64,000 bases of DNA from Gammaproteobacteria bacterium (lineage in GTDB: Bacteria > Pseudomonadota > Gammaproteobacteria > Ga0077536), in NCBI GenBank assembly GCA_030833185.1, contig JAURHQ010000003.1, forward strand, positions 2,078 to 66,077, read 5' to 3'. Within the stretch, counting starts at the first letter, position 1. Each line of letters opens with the position of its first letter. This document shows, piece after piece, positions 13,323 to 22,544 of the stretch. The notes under the pieces were generated by a model. That model was given only the letters and a program-made list of their open reading frames with translations, was not told the origin of the DNA and searched no databases. The translations under genes and the position numbers were made by a program.

Positions 13323-13979
13323 TCAGACCGGCGGCGCAAGGCGCCCACAATCGATCGTGACGAGATGCCGCTGGGCCCAGCCCGGGACCGCAAGTTCACG
13401 CACCTCGCACGCTGCCGCGCGTTCACCAAGCTCGGCCAATTCGTCGCCCGGGAATTGGCCTTTGAGGGCCAGTACGCGGGTGTCAGGGGCGTGAAGATGA
13501 GCGGTCAACGACAAAATCAGCGACAGCGTCCCCACCGCCTGACAGACGATGGTGTCCGGCAGTTGCGTCGGCTGCCAGTGCTCGATCCGCGTGGCGGCCA
13601 CCTGCACGTTGTCGAGCGCCAGTTCAATCCGGACCTGGGACAGAAACCGCGCGCGGCGCGACCGAGCCTCGACCAGCACCAGCTGCCAGGCGGGTTCGAG
13701 GATCGCCAGCACGATGCCGGGCAGGCCCGAACCACTGCCCAAATCGGCCACCATTGGGCCGCGCACAAAGCGCGCCACGGCCAAGGCATCCGCGATGAAT
13801 TTGTGGGCGAAGGCCAGTTCGTCACGGGCGCCGGTCAGGTTGGCGAACTTGTTCCAACGCACCACCAGCCCGGCATAGCACGCCAGTTTTTCAAGCTGCG
13901 TCTCGGTCAGGGAGACGCCGAGGACAGTGGCCGCTTCCCGCAAGGCCGCGCGCAAGTCGCGCGCGTCGGACTCGCTCAA
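13323..13979 (-). CDS. rsmG: 16S rRNA m7G527 methyltransferase
   Basis: SAM motif [11 protein letters not shown]. The track ORF (to 14096) would overlap mnmG by 121 nt. I prefer TTG at 13979, which gives about 218 aa. The N-terminus is uncertain. Confidence 0.85.
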   Translation of the reverse strand: MSESDARDLRAALREAATVLGVSLTETQLEKLACYAGLVVRWNKFANLTGARDELAFAHKFIADALAVARFVRGPMVADLGSGSGLPGIVLAILEPAWQLVLVEARSRRARFLSQVRIELALDNVQVAATRIEHWQPTQLPDTIVCQAVGTLSLILSLTAHLHAPDTRVLALKGQFPGDELAELGERAAACEVRELAVPGWAQRHLVTIDCGRLAPPV

Positions 13980-15865
13980 GCGCGCGCCTGCGATGCGGTG
14001 TGACGTTTGAGATAGACGAGCAACAGCGAGACCGCCGCGGGCGTGACGCCAGAAATCCTGGCCGCCTGCCCCAGTGTTCGTGGCTGGTGCGCGCACAGTT
14101 TGGCCACGACTTCGTTAGACAGCCCGCGAACGCTGCGGTAATCAAAATCGGTGGGCACTTCGGCCTCCGCATGGCGGCGGGTGCGCTCGATTTCATCCTG
14201 CTGACGCGCAAGGTACCCGCTGTAACGGGCGTCGATTTCCAGTTGTTCGATAACGTCCGGGTCCGCCACACCCGGGCCAGCGCCGGGTAGTCGCATCAAT
14301 TGCGGGTAGTCGATTTCAGGCCGCCGCAGCAGATCTGCAAGATTTTGCTCCTTACGCAGCGGCTGCCCCAGCACTGCGGTGGCCACCTCGGGGTCTAGCC
14401 GGTCCGGGGACAGCCAATGTGCGTTCAAGCGGGCACGCTCTTCTTCGAAGCAGCGCTGCTTGCGTTCAAACACGGTCCAACGCTCGTCATCGACCAGACC
14501 CAGCATGCGGGCGACCGGCGTCAGGCGCAGGTCGGCATTGTCCTCGCGCAACATCAAGCGGTACTCGGCGCGGCTGGTGAACATCCGGTAGGGCTCGGTG
14601 GTGCCCCGGGTGACCAAATCATCGACCAGCACGCCAAGGTAAGCCTCGTCACGACGCGGATACCATGGCGCCTTCCCGGCAACGCGTAGCGCCGCGTTGA
14701 GTCCGGCAATCAGGCCTTGCGCAGCGGCTTCTTCGTAACCCGTGGTGCCGTTGATCTGACCGGCCAGAAACAGGTTAGGCAGGGTTTTGGTCTCAAGCCA
14801 CGGCTCGACCCCACGCGGGTCGAAGTAGTCGTACTCAATGGCATAGCCGGGTCGGGTGATGCGGGCGTTTTCGAAGCCTGCGATGGAACGCACCACCGCG
14901 TATTGCACATCGAAGGGCAGGCTGGTCGAGATCCCGTTGGGGTAGATTTCCGGGGTGTTGAGTCCCTCGGGCTCAATAAAGATTTGGTGCGCCTCGCGCT
15001 CGGCAAAGCGCATGACCTTGTCCTCGATCGACGGACAGTAGCGCGGCCCAGTACTTTCAATCTGCCCGTTGTACATCGGCGAGCGATGGATCGCCTCCCG
15101 AATGATCTGATGCGTGCGCTCGCTGGTATGCGTGATATGGCAGACGGTTTGCGCAGGGTGCTGGCTGGCGTGCCCCATGAAAGAAAATACCGGCACCGGA
15201 TCATCGCCCGCCTGACGCTCGAGTTGGCGGTAGTCAATCGTCCGGCCGTCGATGCGCGGTGGCGTGCCGGTCTTCAAACGCCCCACCGGGAGGTCGAGTT
15301 GGCGCAGGCTGTAGGCCAGCGTATTGGCAGGCGGATCGCCCGCGCGTCCAGCCTGATACTGGGCTTCACCCACGTGTACCAGCCCGGCCAGAAAGGTGCC
15401 CACCGTCAGGATCACCACCTGGGCGCGAAACTGCAGTCCCAATTGGGTCACCACGCCAGCAACCCGTCCGCCGTCCATCAGCAGCCCGTCGACACCCTGC
15501 TGGAAAAGGTCGAGCGAGGGCTGGTTTTCCAGCGTTTGCCGGATGAAAGCGCGATACAGCGCGCGATCGATCTGGGCACGGGTGGCGCGCACTGCGGGCC
15601 CTTTGCTGGCGTTCAGGCGGCGGAAGTGGATCCCGCAATGGTCGGCCGCCCGCGCCATGATGCCGCCCATGGCGTCGATTTCTCGCACCAGATGCCCTTT
15701 GCCGATGCCACCGATCGCCGGATTGCACGACATCGCGCCCAAGGTCTCGATGCTATGCGTGAGGAGAAGCGTCCGTGCCCCCATCCGCGCGCTGGCCAGC
15801 GCGGCCTCGGTGCCAGCGTGGCCACCGCCCACCACAATAACGTCGTAATCCTCAGCGAATTGCAT
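13976..15865 (-). CDS. mnmG: tRNA uridine-5-carboxymethylaminomethyl modification enzyme
   Basis: Start moved to ATG 15865 ([25 protein letters not shown] fold). Confidence 0.96.
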   Translation of the reverse strand: MQFAEDYDVIVVGGGHAGTEAALASARMGARTLLLTHSIETLGAMSCNPAIGGIGKGHLVREIDAMGGIMARAADHCGIHFRRLNASKGPAVRATRAQIDRALYRAFIRQTLENQPSLDLFQQGVDGLLMDGGRVAGVVTQLGLQFRAQVVILTVGTFLAGLVHVGEAQYQAGRAGDPPANTLAYSLRQLDLPVGRLKTGTPPRIDGRTIDYRQLERQAGDDPVPVFSFMGHASQHPAQTVCHITHTSERTHQIIREAIHRSPMYNGQIESTGPRYCPSIEDKVMRFAEREAHQIFIEPEGLNTPEIYPNGISTSLPFDVQYAVVRSIAGFENARITRPGYAIEYDYFDPRGVEPWLETKTLPNLFLAGQINGTTGYEEAAAQGLIAGLNAALRVAGKAPWYPRRDEAYLGVLVDDLVTRGTTEPYRMFTSRAEYRLMLREDNADLRLTPVARMLGLVDDERWTVFERKQRCFEEERARLNAHWLSPDRLDPEVATAVLGQPLRKEQNLADLLRRPEIDYPQLMRLPGAGPGVADPDVIEQLEIDARYSGYLARQQDEIERTRRHAEAEVPTDFDYRSVRGLSNEVVAKLCAHQPRTLGQAARISGVTPAAVSLLLVYLKRHTASQARA

Positions 15866-16138
15866 AGCGATCTCCTGGCGCGACTGTGGCCAGACGGGGC
15901 GGCAGAATAATCCGAACCTCGCGTGGGGCCCAAGCCTTCCAGCCATTTACGCGCGGAAACTTTCATCAGCCAGCCCGGTCTGTGACAGCGTTGACGGGAT
16001 CGGGGGCCTGTGGAACAGTGGCGCGCCTTCGCTGGCCGCGCCGCGTTCGCGGCGACTTGCCCCACCACGCGCTGCTCGCCATGGACTTTTTTGACCCGGG
16101 CGGCGCGCTACTCAAATCGTGTTTCAGGAAACTGCGCT

Positions 16139-17110
16139 ATGGAAAACCTGATCGAAGTCAGGGATCTGCATAAGAGTTTCGGCTCGCTACATGCCGTGAA
16201 CGGCGTCTCCTTGAATATACGGCGGGGCGAGGTGCTGGGCTTTTTGGGGCCAAACGGCGCCGGCAAATCCACCACGATGAAAATGATCACCGGTTTCATC
16301 GGCCCCAGCAGCGGTTCGGTAAGCGTCTGCGGACACGACGTGGGGACAGCACCGCTCGCCGCCAAGGAAAAAATTGGCTATCTGCCCGAGGGCGCGCCGG
16401 CCTATGGCGAGATGACGCCCGCCCAGTTCCTCGATTTCATTGCTGATATCCGCGGCCTCAGTGGCGCCGGGAAAACGGCCCGCATCCGCGAGGTCGTCGA
16501 GAAAATCAATCTGGGCGGCGTGATCAACCAGAGTATCGAGACCCTTTCCAAGGGCTTTAAGCGCCGCGTTGGTCTGGCTCAGGCGATCTTGCACGACCCG
16601 GAAGTGCTCATCCTCGACGAACCGACGGACGGGCTGGATCCTAACCAGAAACACGAGGTTCGCGCCCTGATCAGGGAGATGGCGCCGAACAAGGCCATCA
16701 TTATCTCGACCCACATTCTCGAAGAAGTCGACGCCGTGTGTACCCGCGCGGCAATCATTGCGCGGGGCCAGCTGCTGTTTCTTGGAACCCCGGCAGAGCT
16801 TCAGGCGCGGTCGGCCCGCCACAATGCCGTGACGATGAACGTGCCGGCCAGCGATGCCGCTGCGGTGACCGAACGTCTGGGCGGATTGCCGGACATTTTG
16901 CGAATCGAACCCGGCGAAACGCTGGGCGCCCGCCAACGCCTGACCGCGCTGTCACGCACCGGCAACCCAATCTTCGATGTGGTCCACGGCGCGCTGCGCG
17001 CCGGCGACTGGGCCTTCTCCGAACTGTTCGTTGAACCCGGTCATCTGGACGAAGTCTTCCGCACCATCACCACCGTCGCGCGGGCGCCGGGGGAGGTCAC
17101 CCACTCATGA
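16139..17110 (+). CDS. ABC transporter ATP-binding protein (GldA-like)
   Basis: Start moved to ATG 16139 (MENLIEVRDLHKSFG). Walker A GPNGAGKST, signature LSKGFKRR, Walker B VLILDEP. Confidence 0.9.
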   Translation: MENLIEVRDLHKSFGSLHAVNGVSLNIRRGEVLGFLGPNGAGKSTTMKMITGFIGPSSGSVSVCGHDVGTAPLAAKEKIGYLPEGAPAYGEMTPAQFLDFIADIRGLSGAGKTARIREVVEKINLGGVINQSIETLSKGFKRRVGLAQAILHDPEVLILDEPTDGLDPNQKHEVRALIREMAPNKAIIISTHILEEVDAVCTRAAIIARGQLLFLGTPAELQARSARHNAVTMNVPASDAAAVTERLGGLPDILRIEPGETLGARQRLTALSRTGNPIFDVVHGALRAGDWAFSELFVEPGHLDEVFRTITTVARAPGEVTHS

Positions 17111-17841
17111 ACCGCATGCTGACCATTTTCAAACGGGAGTTCCGGGGCTATTTCGCCACCCCGGTCGCCTACGTATTTATCGTGATTTTCCTGTTTCTGA
17201 CGGGACTGTTCACGTTCTACATCGGCTCTTTCTACGAGCGTAGTCAGGCGGACCTCGAGCCCTTTTTCCGCTATCACCCCTGGCTCTACATGTTGCTGAT
17301 TCCTGCGATCTCGATGCGCCTGTGGTCCGAGGAGCGCAAGAGCGGCACGCTGGAACTGCTGATGACCTTGCCGGTCTCGCTGGCAGACGCGGTGATCGGC
17401 AAGTTCCTGGCGGCGTGGGCCTTCACCGCCATCGCACTGGGGCTGACCTTTCCGCTGTGGCTGACCGTGAACTATCTGGGAAACCCGGATAACACCGTCA
17501 TCGCCGCTGGCTATGTGGGCAGCCTGCTGATGGCCGGCGGATTCCTGTCGATAGGCGCCTGCATTTCCGCGCTCACCCGCAATCAGGTGGTGGCGTTCGT
17601 GATCAGCTTTGTGATCTGCTTCGCTTTCAACCTGAGCGGCTTCCCGCTGGTGCTCGATTTCTTCAGCGGCTGGGCGCCGCAGGCAGTCGTTGAAGCCATC
17701 GGCTCCTTCAGCTTCCTGACGCATTTCAATTCAATCCAGAAAGGCGTCATCGACCTGCGCGACGTCATCTTTTTCGCAACCCTGATTGCGCTCTGGCTGT
17801 ACGCCAACATGCTGGCGATTGAACACAGCAAGGGCCACTGA
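17107..17841 (+). CDS. ABC-2 type permease (GldF-like)
   Basis: 244 aa with about 6 TM segments; ATGA overlap with the ATPase stop. Confidence 0.8.
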   Translation: MNRMLTIFKREFRGYFATPVAYVFIVIFLFLTGLFTFYIGSFYERSQADLEPFFRYHPWLYMLLIPAISMRLWSEERKSGTLELLMTLPVSLADAVIGKFLAAWAFTAIALGLTFPLWLTVNYLGNPDNTVIAAGYVGSLLMAGGFLSIGACISALTRNQVVAFVISFVICFAFNLSGFPLVLDFFSGWAPQAVVEAIGSFSFLTHFNSIQKGVIDLRDVIFFATLIALWLYANMLAIEHSKGH

Positions 17842-17861
17842 GCGAACCGGAGACGACCCCC

Positions 17862-19751
17862 ATGACGACCAGAACCCAGACCCTCAGCAGCCTGCTTGTC
17901 GCAGTCGTGCTGTTCGTATCGCTGAACATCGTGACCAATGGCGTGTTGACCTCACAGCGACTCGACCTGACCGAGAACCGCCTCTACACGCTGTCCGAAG
18001 GCAGTCGGAACATTCTTAAAAACCTACCGGATCCGATCACCCTGCGCTTCTACTACTCGGCGCGCCAGTTCGCTTCCATTCCAGAGTTCCAGACCTACGG
18101 GAAGCGCGTGCGCGACCTGTTGCAGGAATATGTGGCTGCGGCCAACGGCAAACTGGTGCTGCAGGTGATTGAGCCGGAGCCTTTCTCTGATGCCGAAGAC
18201 CAAGCGGTCGGATACGGCATTGAGCAATTGCCCATTAACGCCACCGGCGAGGTGGGCTATCTCGGCCTCGTGGGCACCAACATGACCGACAAGGAAGCGC
18301 CCATCGCCTTCCTTAACCCGGAACGGGCTGACGCACTGGAATACGAAATCACCAAGCTGATTTATGCCTTGGCGAATCCCAAAAAGCGCTCCGTTGGCGT
18401 GATTGCCGATTTACCCGTGATGGGCGGCAAACCTGATGAACGCGGCAACCCGGCGCCGGCCTGGACCAGCATTCACATGCTGCAGGAGTTCTTCGACCTG
18501 AAGACTTTGCCCCGGGACCTGGCTGCGATCGATGCCGACATCGACACCCTGCTTCTGGTTCACCCGAAAGATCTGCCACAGCAGACGCTGTATGCCATCG
18601 ACCAGTTTGTGCTTCGGGGCGGTAAGGCGCTGGTGTTCGTCGACCCGCTGGCCGAAGAGGATCGACCGGAACCCGACCCGCGTAACCCCATGGCCATGCC
18701 CAAGACCGACTCCACGCTTGCGCCACTGCTTGCGGCCTGGGGCATTAGCTTCAGCAGCGATAAGGTAGTCGCGGACCCTGAAGCGGCCGTGCGGGTCAAC
18801 TTCAACAGTGAGCGCGGCCCTAGCGAGGTGCAGTACTTGCCCTGGCTGATGCTCCACGGCGAGCGCATCAACCATGACGATTTCATCACCAACCATTTGC
18901 AGGGCGTGAACGTGGGTTCTGCGGGCTTGCTCGAACCCGCCAAGGATGCGAAGACTACATTTGTGCCGCTGTTGCGCACTGGCTCGAAGAGCGGCTTGCT
19001 CGATCGTGAGGCGATAGTCGTAATCCGTGACCCCAATGCCTTGCACGAAGGGTTCAAGGCCGACCGCAGCCATCTGGCCGTGGCGGCGCGGGTTAGTGGG
19101 CCCGCCAGCACGGCTTTCCCGGACGGCCCGCCGGCGCCGGCAGCAGGCGCTGCGGAGAGCCCCAAGGCGGGCGAGCCAGCGCCGCAGCTTAAGGAAGCCA
19201 AAGACGGGATCAATGTGATCGTGGTGGCCGACACCGACCTGCTGGCCGACCGTTTTTGGGTCCGGATGGAGCGATTCCTTGGCATGCAGGTACCAAACCC
19301 CTTCGCCAACAATGCCGATTTCCTGATCAACGCCGTGGACAACCTGGGCGGCAATGACGACCTGATCAGCCTGCGGAGCCGGGGCGTGTACGCGCGCCCG
19401 TTTGAAGTCGTCGAGCGCATCAAGCGCGACGCCGAGGGGCAGTTCCGGGAGCGCGAAAAGGCCCTGCAGGCCAAGCTCAAGGAGACGGAGGCCAAATTGA
19501 AAGAACTCCGCCAGCGTCCCGACAGCGGCGGTGAGTCGCTGTTGTCGCCGGAGCAGCGCAAGGAAATGGAGATGTTCCGCAAGGAACAGCTCGCGACCCG
19601 CAAGGAACTGCGCACCGTCCAGCACGAACTTGGTCGCAACATCGAACAACTGGGCACCTGGCTGAAGGCCATCAACATCGGTCTGGTCCCGCTGCTGGTG
19701 GCGCTTCTGGCCTTTGGCGCCAGCGTCGTTCGCCAACGTCGTTCGGCCTGA
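17862..19751 (+). CDS. GldG-like ABC-transport auxiliary component
   Basis: 629 aa with N- and C-terminal TM anchors, a large exported body, a Pro/Ala linker and a charged coiled-coil (EKALQAKLKETEAKLKELRQ). Family call is from architecture and gene order. Confidence 0.6.
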   Translation: MTTRTQTLSSLLVAVVLFVSLNIVTNGVLTSQRLDLTENRLYTLSEGSRNILKNLPDPITLRFYYSARQFASIPEFQTYGKRVRDLLQEYVAAANGKLVLQVIEPEPFSDAEDQAVGYGIEQLPINATGEVGYLGLVGTNMTDKEAPIAFLNPERADALEYEITKLIYALANPKKRSVGVIADLPVMGGKPDERGNPAPAWTSIHMLQEFFDLKTLPRDLAAIDADIDTLLLVHPKDLPQQTLYAIDQFVLRGGKALVFVDPLAEEDRPEPDPRNPMAMPKTDSTLAPLLAAWGISFSSDKVVADPEAAVRVNFNSERGPSEVQYLPWLMLHGERINHDDFITNHLQGVNVGSAGLLEPAKDAKTTFVPLLRTGSKSGLLDREAIVVIRDPNALHEGFKADRSHLAVAARVSGPASTAFPDGPPAPAAGAAESPKAGEPAPQLKEAKDGINVIVVADTDLLADRFWVRMERFLGMQVPNPFANNADFLINAVDNLGGNDDLISLRSRGVYARPFEVVERIKRDAEGQFREREKALQAKLKETEAKLKELRQRPDSGGESLLSPEQRKEMEMFRKEQLATRKELRTVQHELGRNIEQLGTWLKAINIGLVPLLVALLAFGASVVRQRRSA

Positions 19752-19762
19752 GGGATAGGCCT

Positions 19763-20881
19763 ATGAAAACAAAGAACCTGCTGTTTATTGCGCTGACCTG
19801 CGGCCTCGTATTTGGGGCCTATCAGGTCAGTCGCAACAAGGCGCCGACCCTGCACGTCGAATCGGCCCTGCTCTACCCAAGCCTGCTGGAGTCGATCAAC
19901 GACGTGCAAAGCATCGAGCTCGCGAATGCGGCGGGCCAGTTCCGGATTGCGCGTCAGGGCGAGGGCTGGGGCATGGCCGATCGCGATGGCTTTCCGGTTC
20001 AGGCAACGCCCGTCAGAGAACTCCTGATGCAATTGGCGGCCCTCAAGATTCGCGAAGAAAAAACCGCCAAGCCTGACCAATACCCAACGCTCGGCGTGGA
20101 AGAACTCGACCTGCCAAAGGCGAGCGGGCTGCGGGTCAGTGTAAGTGGCAAGTCGGAGCAAAATCTGGCGGCTCTTATCGTCGGCAAAGCACGTAAACCC
20201 AGCGGCAACGAATCGCCAGGACACTATGTGCGTCGCGTGGGCGAGGCGTCGGCCTTGCTGGTTGAAGGCGAACTTGGCGTGAAGTTGAAACGCAACGAGT
20301 GGCTGGATACCGCCATTGCGAATATCCCGGTCGATCGCGTGCGGCAGGTCAGCTTGCAGGGCAACGGCGAGCCGCCGGTGGTCGTGACCAAAGCTGACCG
20401 CAAGGACCAGTTATTCACCCTGCAGAATGTCCCGAAAGACAAAGAGGCAAAATCGGCGGCGCTCGTCTCCAACGTCGGCGGGCTGTTGCTCGACCTGCGC
20501 TTCGAGGACGTCGCCAGCGCCAAAGTGGTGGCGGGATTGACGCCCGAACGCACGGCCACGCTGGAAACCTTTGATGGGCTTACTGCGACGCTGGAGAGCT
20601 ATGCGCTTGAAGGCCGCAGCCTGGTGGCGATTCGCTTCGCGCATCATCCGGTGGCGGCGGCGCAGGCAGTGCCGGCCAAGCCGGCTGAGGGCGAGGCCGC
20701 CAACACCAAGCCCGCTGGCACTGACGCGCCGGACGTGGCGAAGGAAGTGGAGACGCTTAATGAGCGCACCCGCCTGTGGGTCTACCAGTTGGCCGACTAC
20801 AAGGCGCGCACGCTAAAGCGCAGTTTTGCCGAGTTGGTAAAAGTGAAAGAGAAAGCCCCGCCCCCGGCTACCGCCGACTAG
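19763..20881 (+). CDS. membrane-anchored protein, DUF4340-like
   Basis: 372 aa with an N-terminal anchor (LLFIALTCGLVFGAYQV). It sits 11 nt after the GldG-like gene, the usual fourth gene of this module. Assignment is from context. Confidence 0.5.
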   Translation: MKTKNLLFIALTCGLVFGAYQVSRNKAPTLHVESALLYPSLLESINDVQSIELANAAGQFRIARQGEGWGMADRDGFPVQATPVRELLMQLAALKIREEKTAKPDQYPTLGVEELDLPKASGLRVSVSGKSEQNLAALIVGKARKPSGNESPGHYVRRVGEASALLVEGELGVKLKRNEWLDTAIANIPVDRVRQVSLQGNGEPPVVVTKADRKDQLFTLQNVPKDKEAKSAALVSNVGGLLLDLRFEDVASAKVVAGLTPERTATLETFDGLTATLESYALEGRSLVAIRFAHHPVAAAQAVPAKPAEGEAANTKPAGTDAPDVAKEVETLNERTRLWVYQLADYKARTLKRSFAELVKVKEKAPPPATAD

Positions 20882-20902
20882 GCGGGCGCGCCGGCGGCGG
20901 AT

Positions 20903-21469
20903 TTAGTGCAGGGCCTGCGTTGAGTTAGCCGGTAGCGACGGGGTGAGTTGTCGCAAGACCCGCCAGCCCTGATGGCTACCCACTTCCCGCCATAACTGAT
21001 AGGCGTTAAGACCATCGAGGCACGGGCCTTCGGCGCCTTCTTCGCGCATCGTGAGCAGAATATCCAGCACCGAAACATACTGCGCCGCCAGCGCGCGATA
21101 GAGCGCCCGTTCGTCACCGCCCACCCGGGTCGCGTGGTCCTGATAGGCCTGCCGTCCGACCTGTACAAAATAATTCACGGGAATGCTGTTGCGGATCGCG
21201 TGATCGGGAAACAGGCCCGAAAACAACAGGCAGTGGTCGCCCACTGAGGCCAGATCCTCGTGGTCGGCCCGCGTGCCTTCGACCAACTGTTTCGCGAAGC
21301 GGGCGGTGTGCGAACCGCTGGAACTGCCGGCGCTCCCAAGCGCGCGGTACAGCAGCGCGACTGCATACTCCTCAAGTGGTTCGGGCAAGAAAATCTGCGC
21401 GTTTTGCTGGGCCAGCGTTAACAACGCTCGCCACCCGGCAGTCTCTGCAAGCTGCAGGTCTATCCTCAC
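20903..21469 (-). CDS. hypothetical protein (188 aa)
   Basis: Clean ORF in the only coding-like frame here. No TM segment, signal peptide or motif that I recognise. Confidence 0.6.
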   Translation of the reverse strand: MRIDLQLAETAGWRALLTLAQQNAQIFLPEPLEEYAVALLYRALGSAGSSSGSHTARFAKQLVEGTRADHEDLASVGDHCLLFSGLFPDHAIRNSIPVNYFVQVGRQAYQDHATRVGGDERALYRALAAQYVSVLDILLTMREEGAEGPCLDGLNAYQLWREVGSHQGWRVLRQLTPSLPANSTQALH

Positions 21470-21614
21470 GTCACTAGCCCTCTAAAGTCACTGTTGCTGG
21501 TATCGACCAGCCTCCCGACGCCTTGAGCAACCCATGGCGCGTAGGCAGTGCCGCAACCCAGAGGCTATACTCCAAGCCCTCGAATTTCCCCGGCAATCCG
21601 CAAAAAACCTGCGC

Positions 21615-22544
21615 ATGAAAGACTCCCCCGCCACGCCTGACACCTTTCAGGAACTCATCTTTCGACTGCAAACGTTCTGGGGCGCCCAAGGTTGCGTGAT
21701 CGCCCAGCCCTACGACATGGAGATGGGCGCGGGGACTTTCCATCCCGCCACCTTCCTGCGCGCCATTGGGCCCGAGCCCTGGCGCGCGGCCTATGTGCAG
21801 CCCTCGCGCCGCCCCACGGATGGACGCTACGGCGAAAACCCGAATCGCCTCCAGCACTACTATCAGTTTCAGGTCATCCTCAAGCCCTCGCCCCCCAATC
21901 TGCAGGCCTTGTATCTGGAATCGCTGTCGATGCTGGGCATTAACCCACAGGTTCACGACATCCGGTTTGTGGAAGACAACTGGGAGTCACCCACGCTGGG
22001 CGCCTGGGGTCTCGGCTGGGAGGTCTGGCTGAACGGGATGGAAGTGACCCAGTTCACCTACTTCCAGCAGGTCGGGGGGTTGGATTGTCGCCCGGTGGCA
22101 GGCGAGATCACCTACGGCCTCGAGCGCATCGCAATGTACCTGCAGGGCGTTGACTCGGTGTACGACCTTGCCTGGGCACGGCACGAGGGTCAGGTGGTGA
22201 CTTACGGCGACGTCTATCACCAGAACGAAGTCGAGATGTCGACTTATAACTTCGAGCAGGCCAACGTCGAGATTCTCTTCGGCCTGTTCAACCACTGTGA
22301 AGCCGAAGCGACCCGGCTGATTGCCGCCCAACTGCCGCTGCCGGCCTACGAAATGATGGTGAAAGCATCACACACGTTCAATTTGCTGGATGCCCGCCGC
22401 GCCATCTCGGTGACCGAACGCCAACGCTACATCCTCCGCGTGCGCACACTGGCCAGAAGCATCGCAGAGACCTATTTTGCGGCCCGCGAGGCGCTGGGGT
22501 TCCCCCTGCTCGCACGTAGCGCCGAAGCCCGGGGCCTGACCTGA
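21615..22544 (+). CDS. glyQ: glycine--tRNA ligase alpha
   Basis: Start moved to ATG 21615. [13 protein letters not shown] and the rest are typical GlyQ. Confidence 0.96.
   Translation: MKDSPATPDTFQELIFRLQTFWGAQGCVIAQPYDMEMGAGTFHPATFLRAIGPEPWRAAYVQPSRRPTDGRYGENPNRLQHYYQFQVILKPSPPNLQALYLESLSMLGINPQVHDIRFVEDNWESPTLGAWGLGWEVWLNGMEVTQFTYFQQVGGLDCRPVAGEITYGLERIAMYLQGVDSVYDLAWARHEGQVVTYGDVYHQNEVEMSTYNFEQANVEILFGLFNHCEAEATRLIAAQLPLPAYEMMVKASHTFNLLDARRAISVTERQRYILRVRTLARSIAETYFAAREALGFPLLARSAEARGLT

Noticed and set aside
15866-16138. Possible oriC in the spacer upstream of mnmG (gidA), by analogy with E. coli
   Set aside because: The 273-bp spacer is GC-rich and has no AT-rich unwinding element. Its only DnaA-box-like match (TGTGGAACA) is weak. 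It is more simply a divergent promoter region.
18411-20224. Two long minus-strand ORFs (441 and 554 aa)
   Set aside because: Both are antisense to the GldG-like and DUF4340-like genes. They are low-complexity and Arg/Ser/Ala-rich. The plus-strand genes have coherent TM-anchor architecture and operon spacing.
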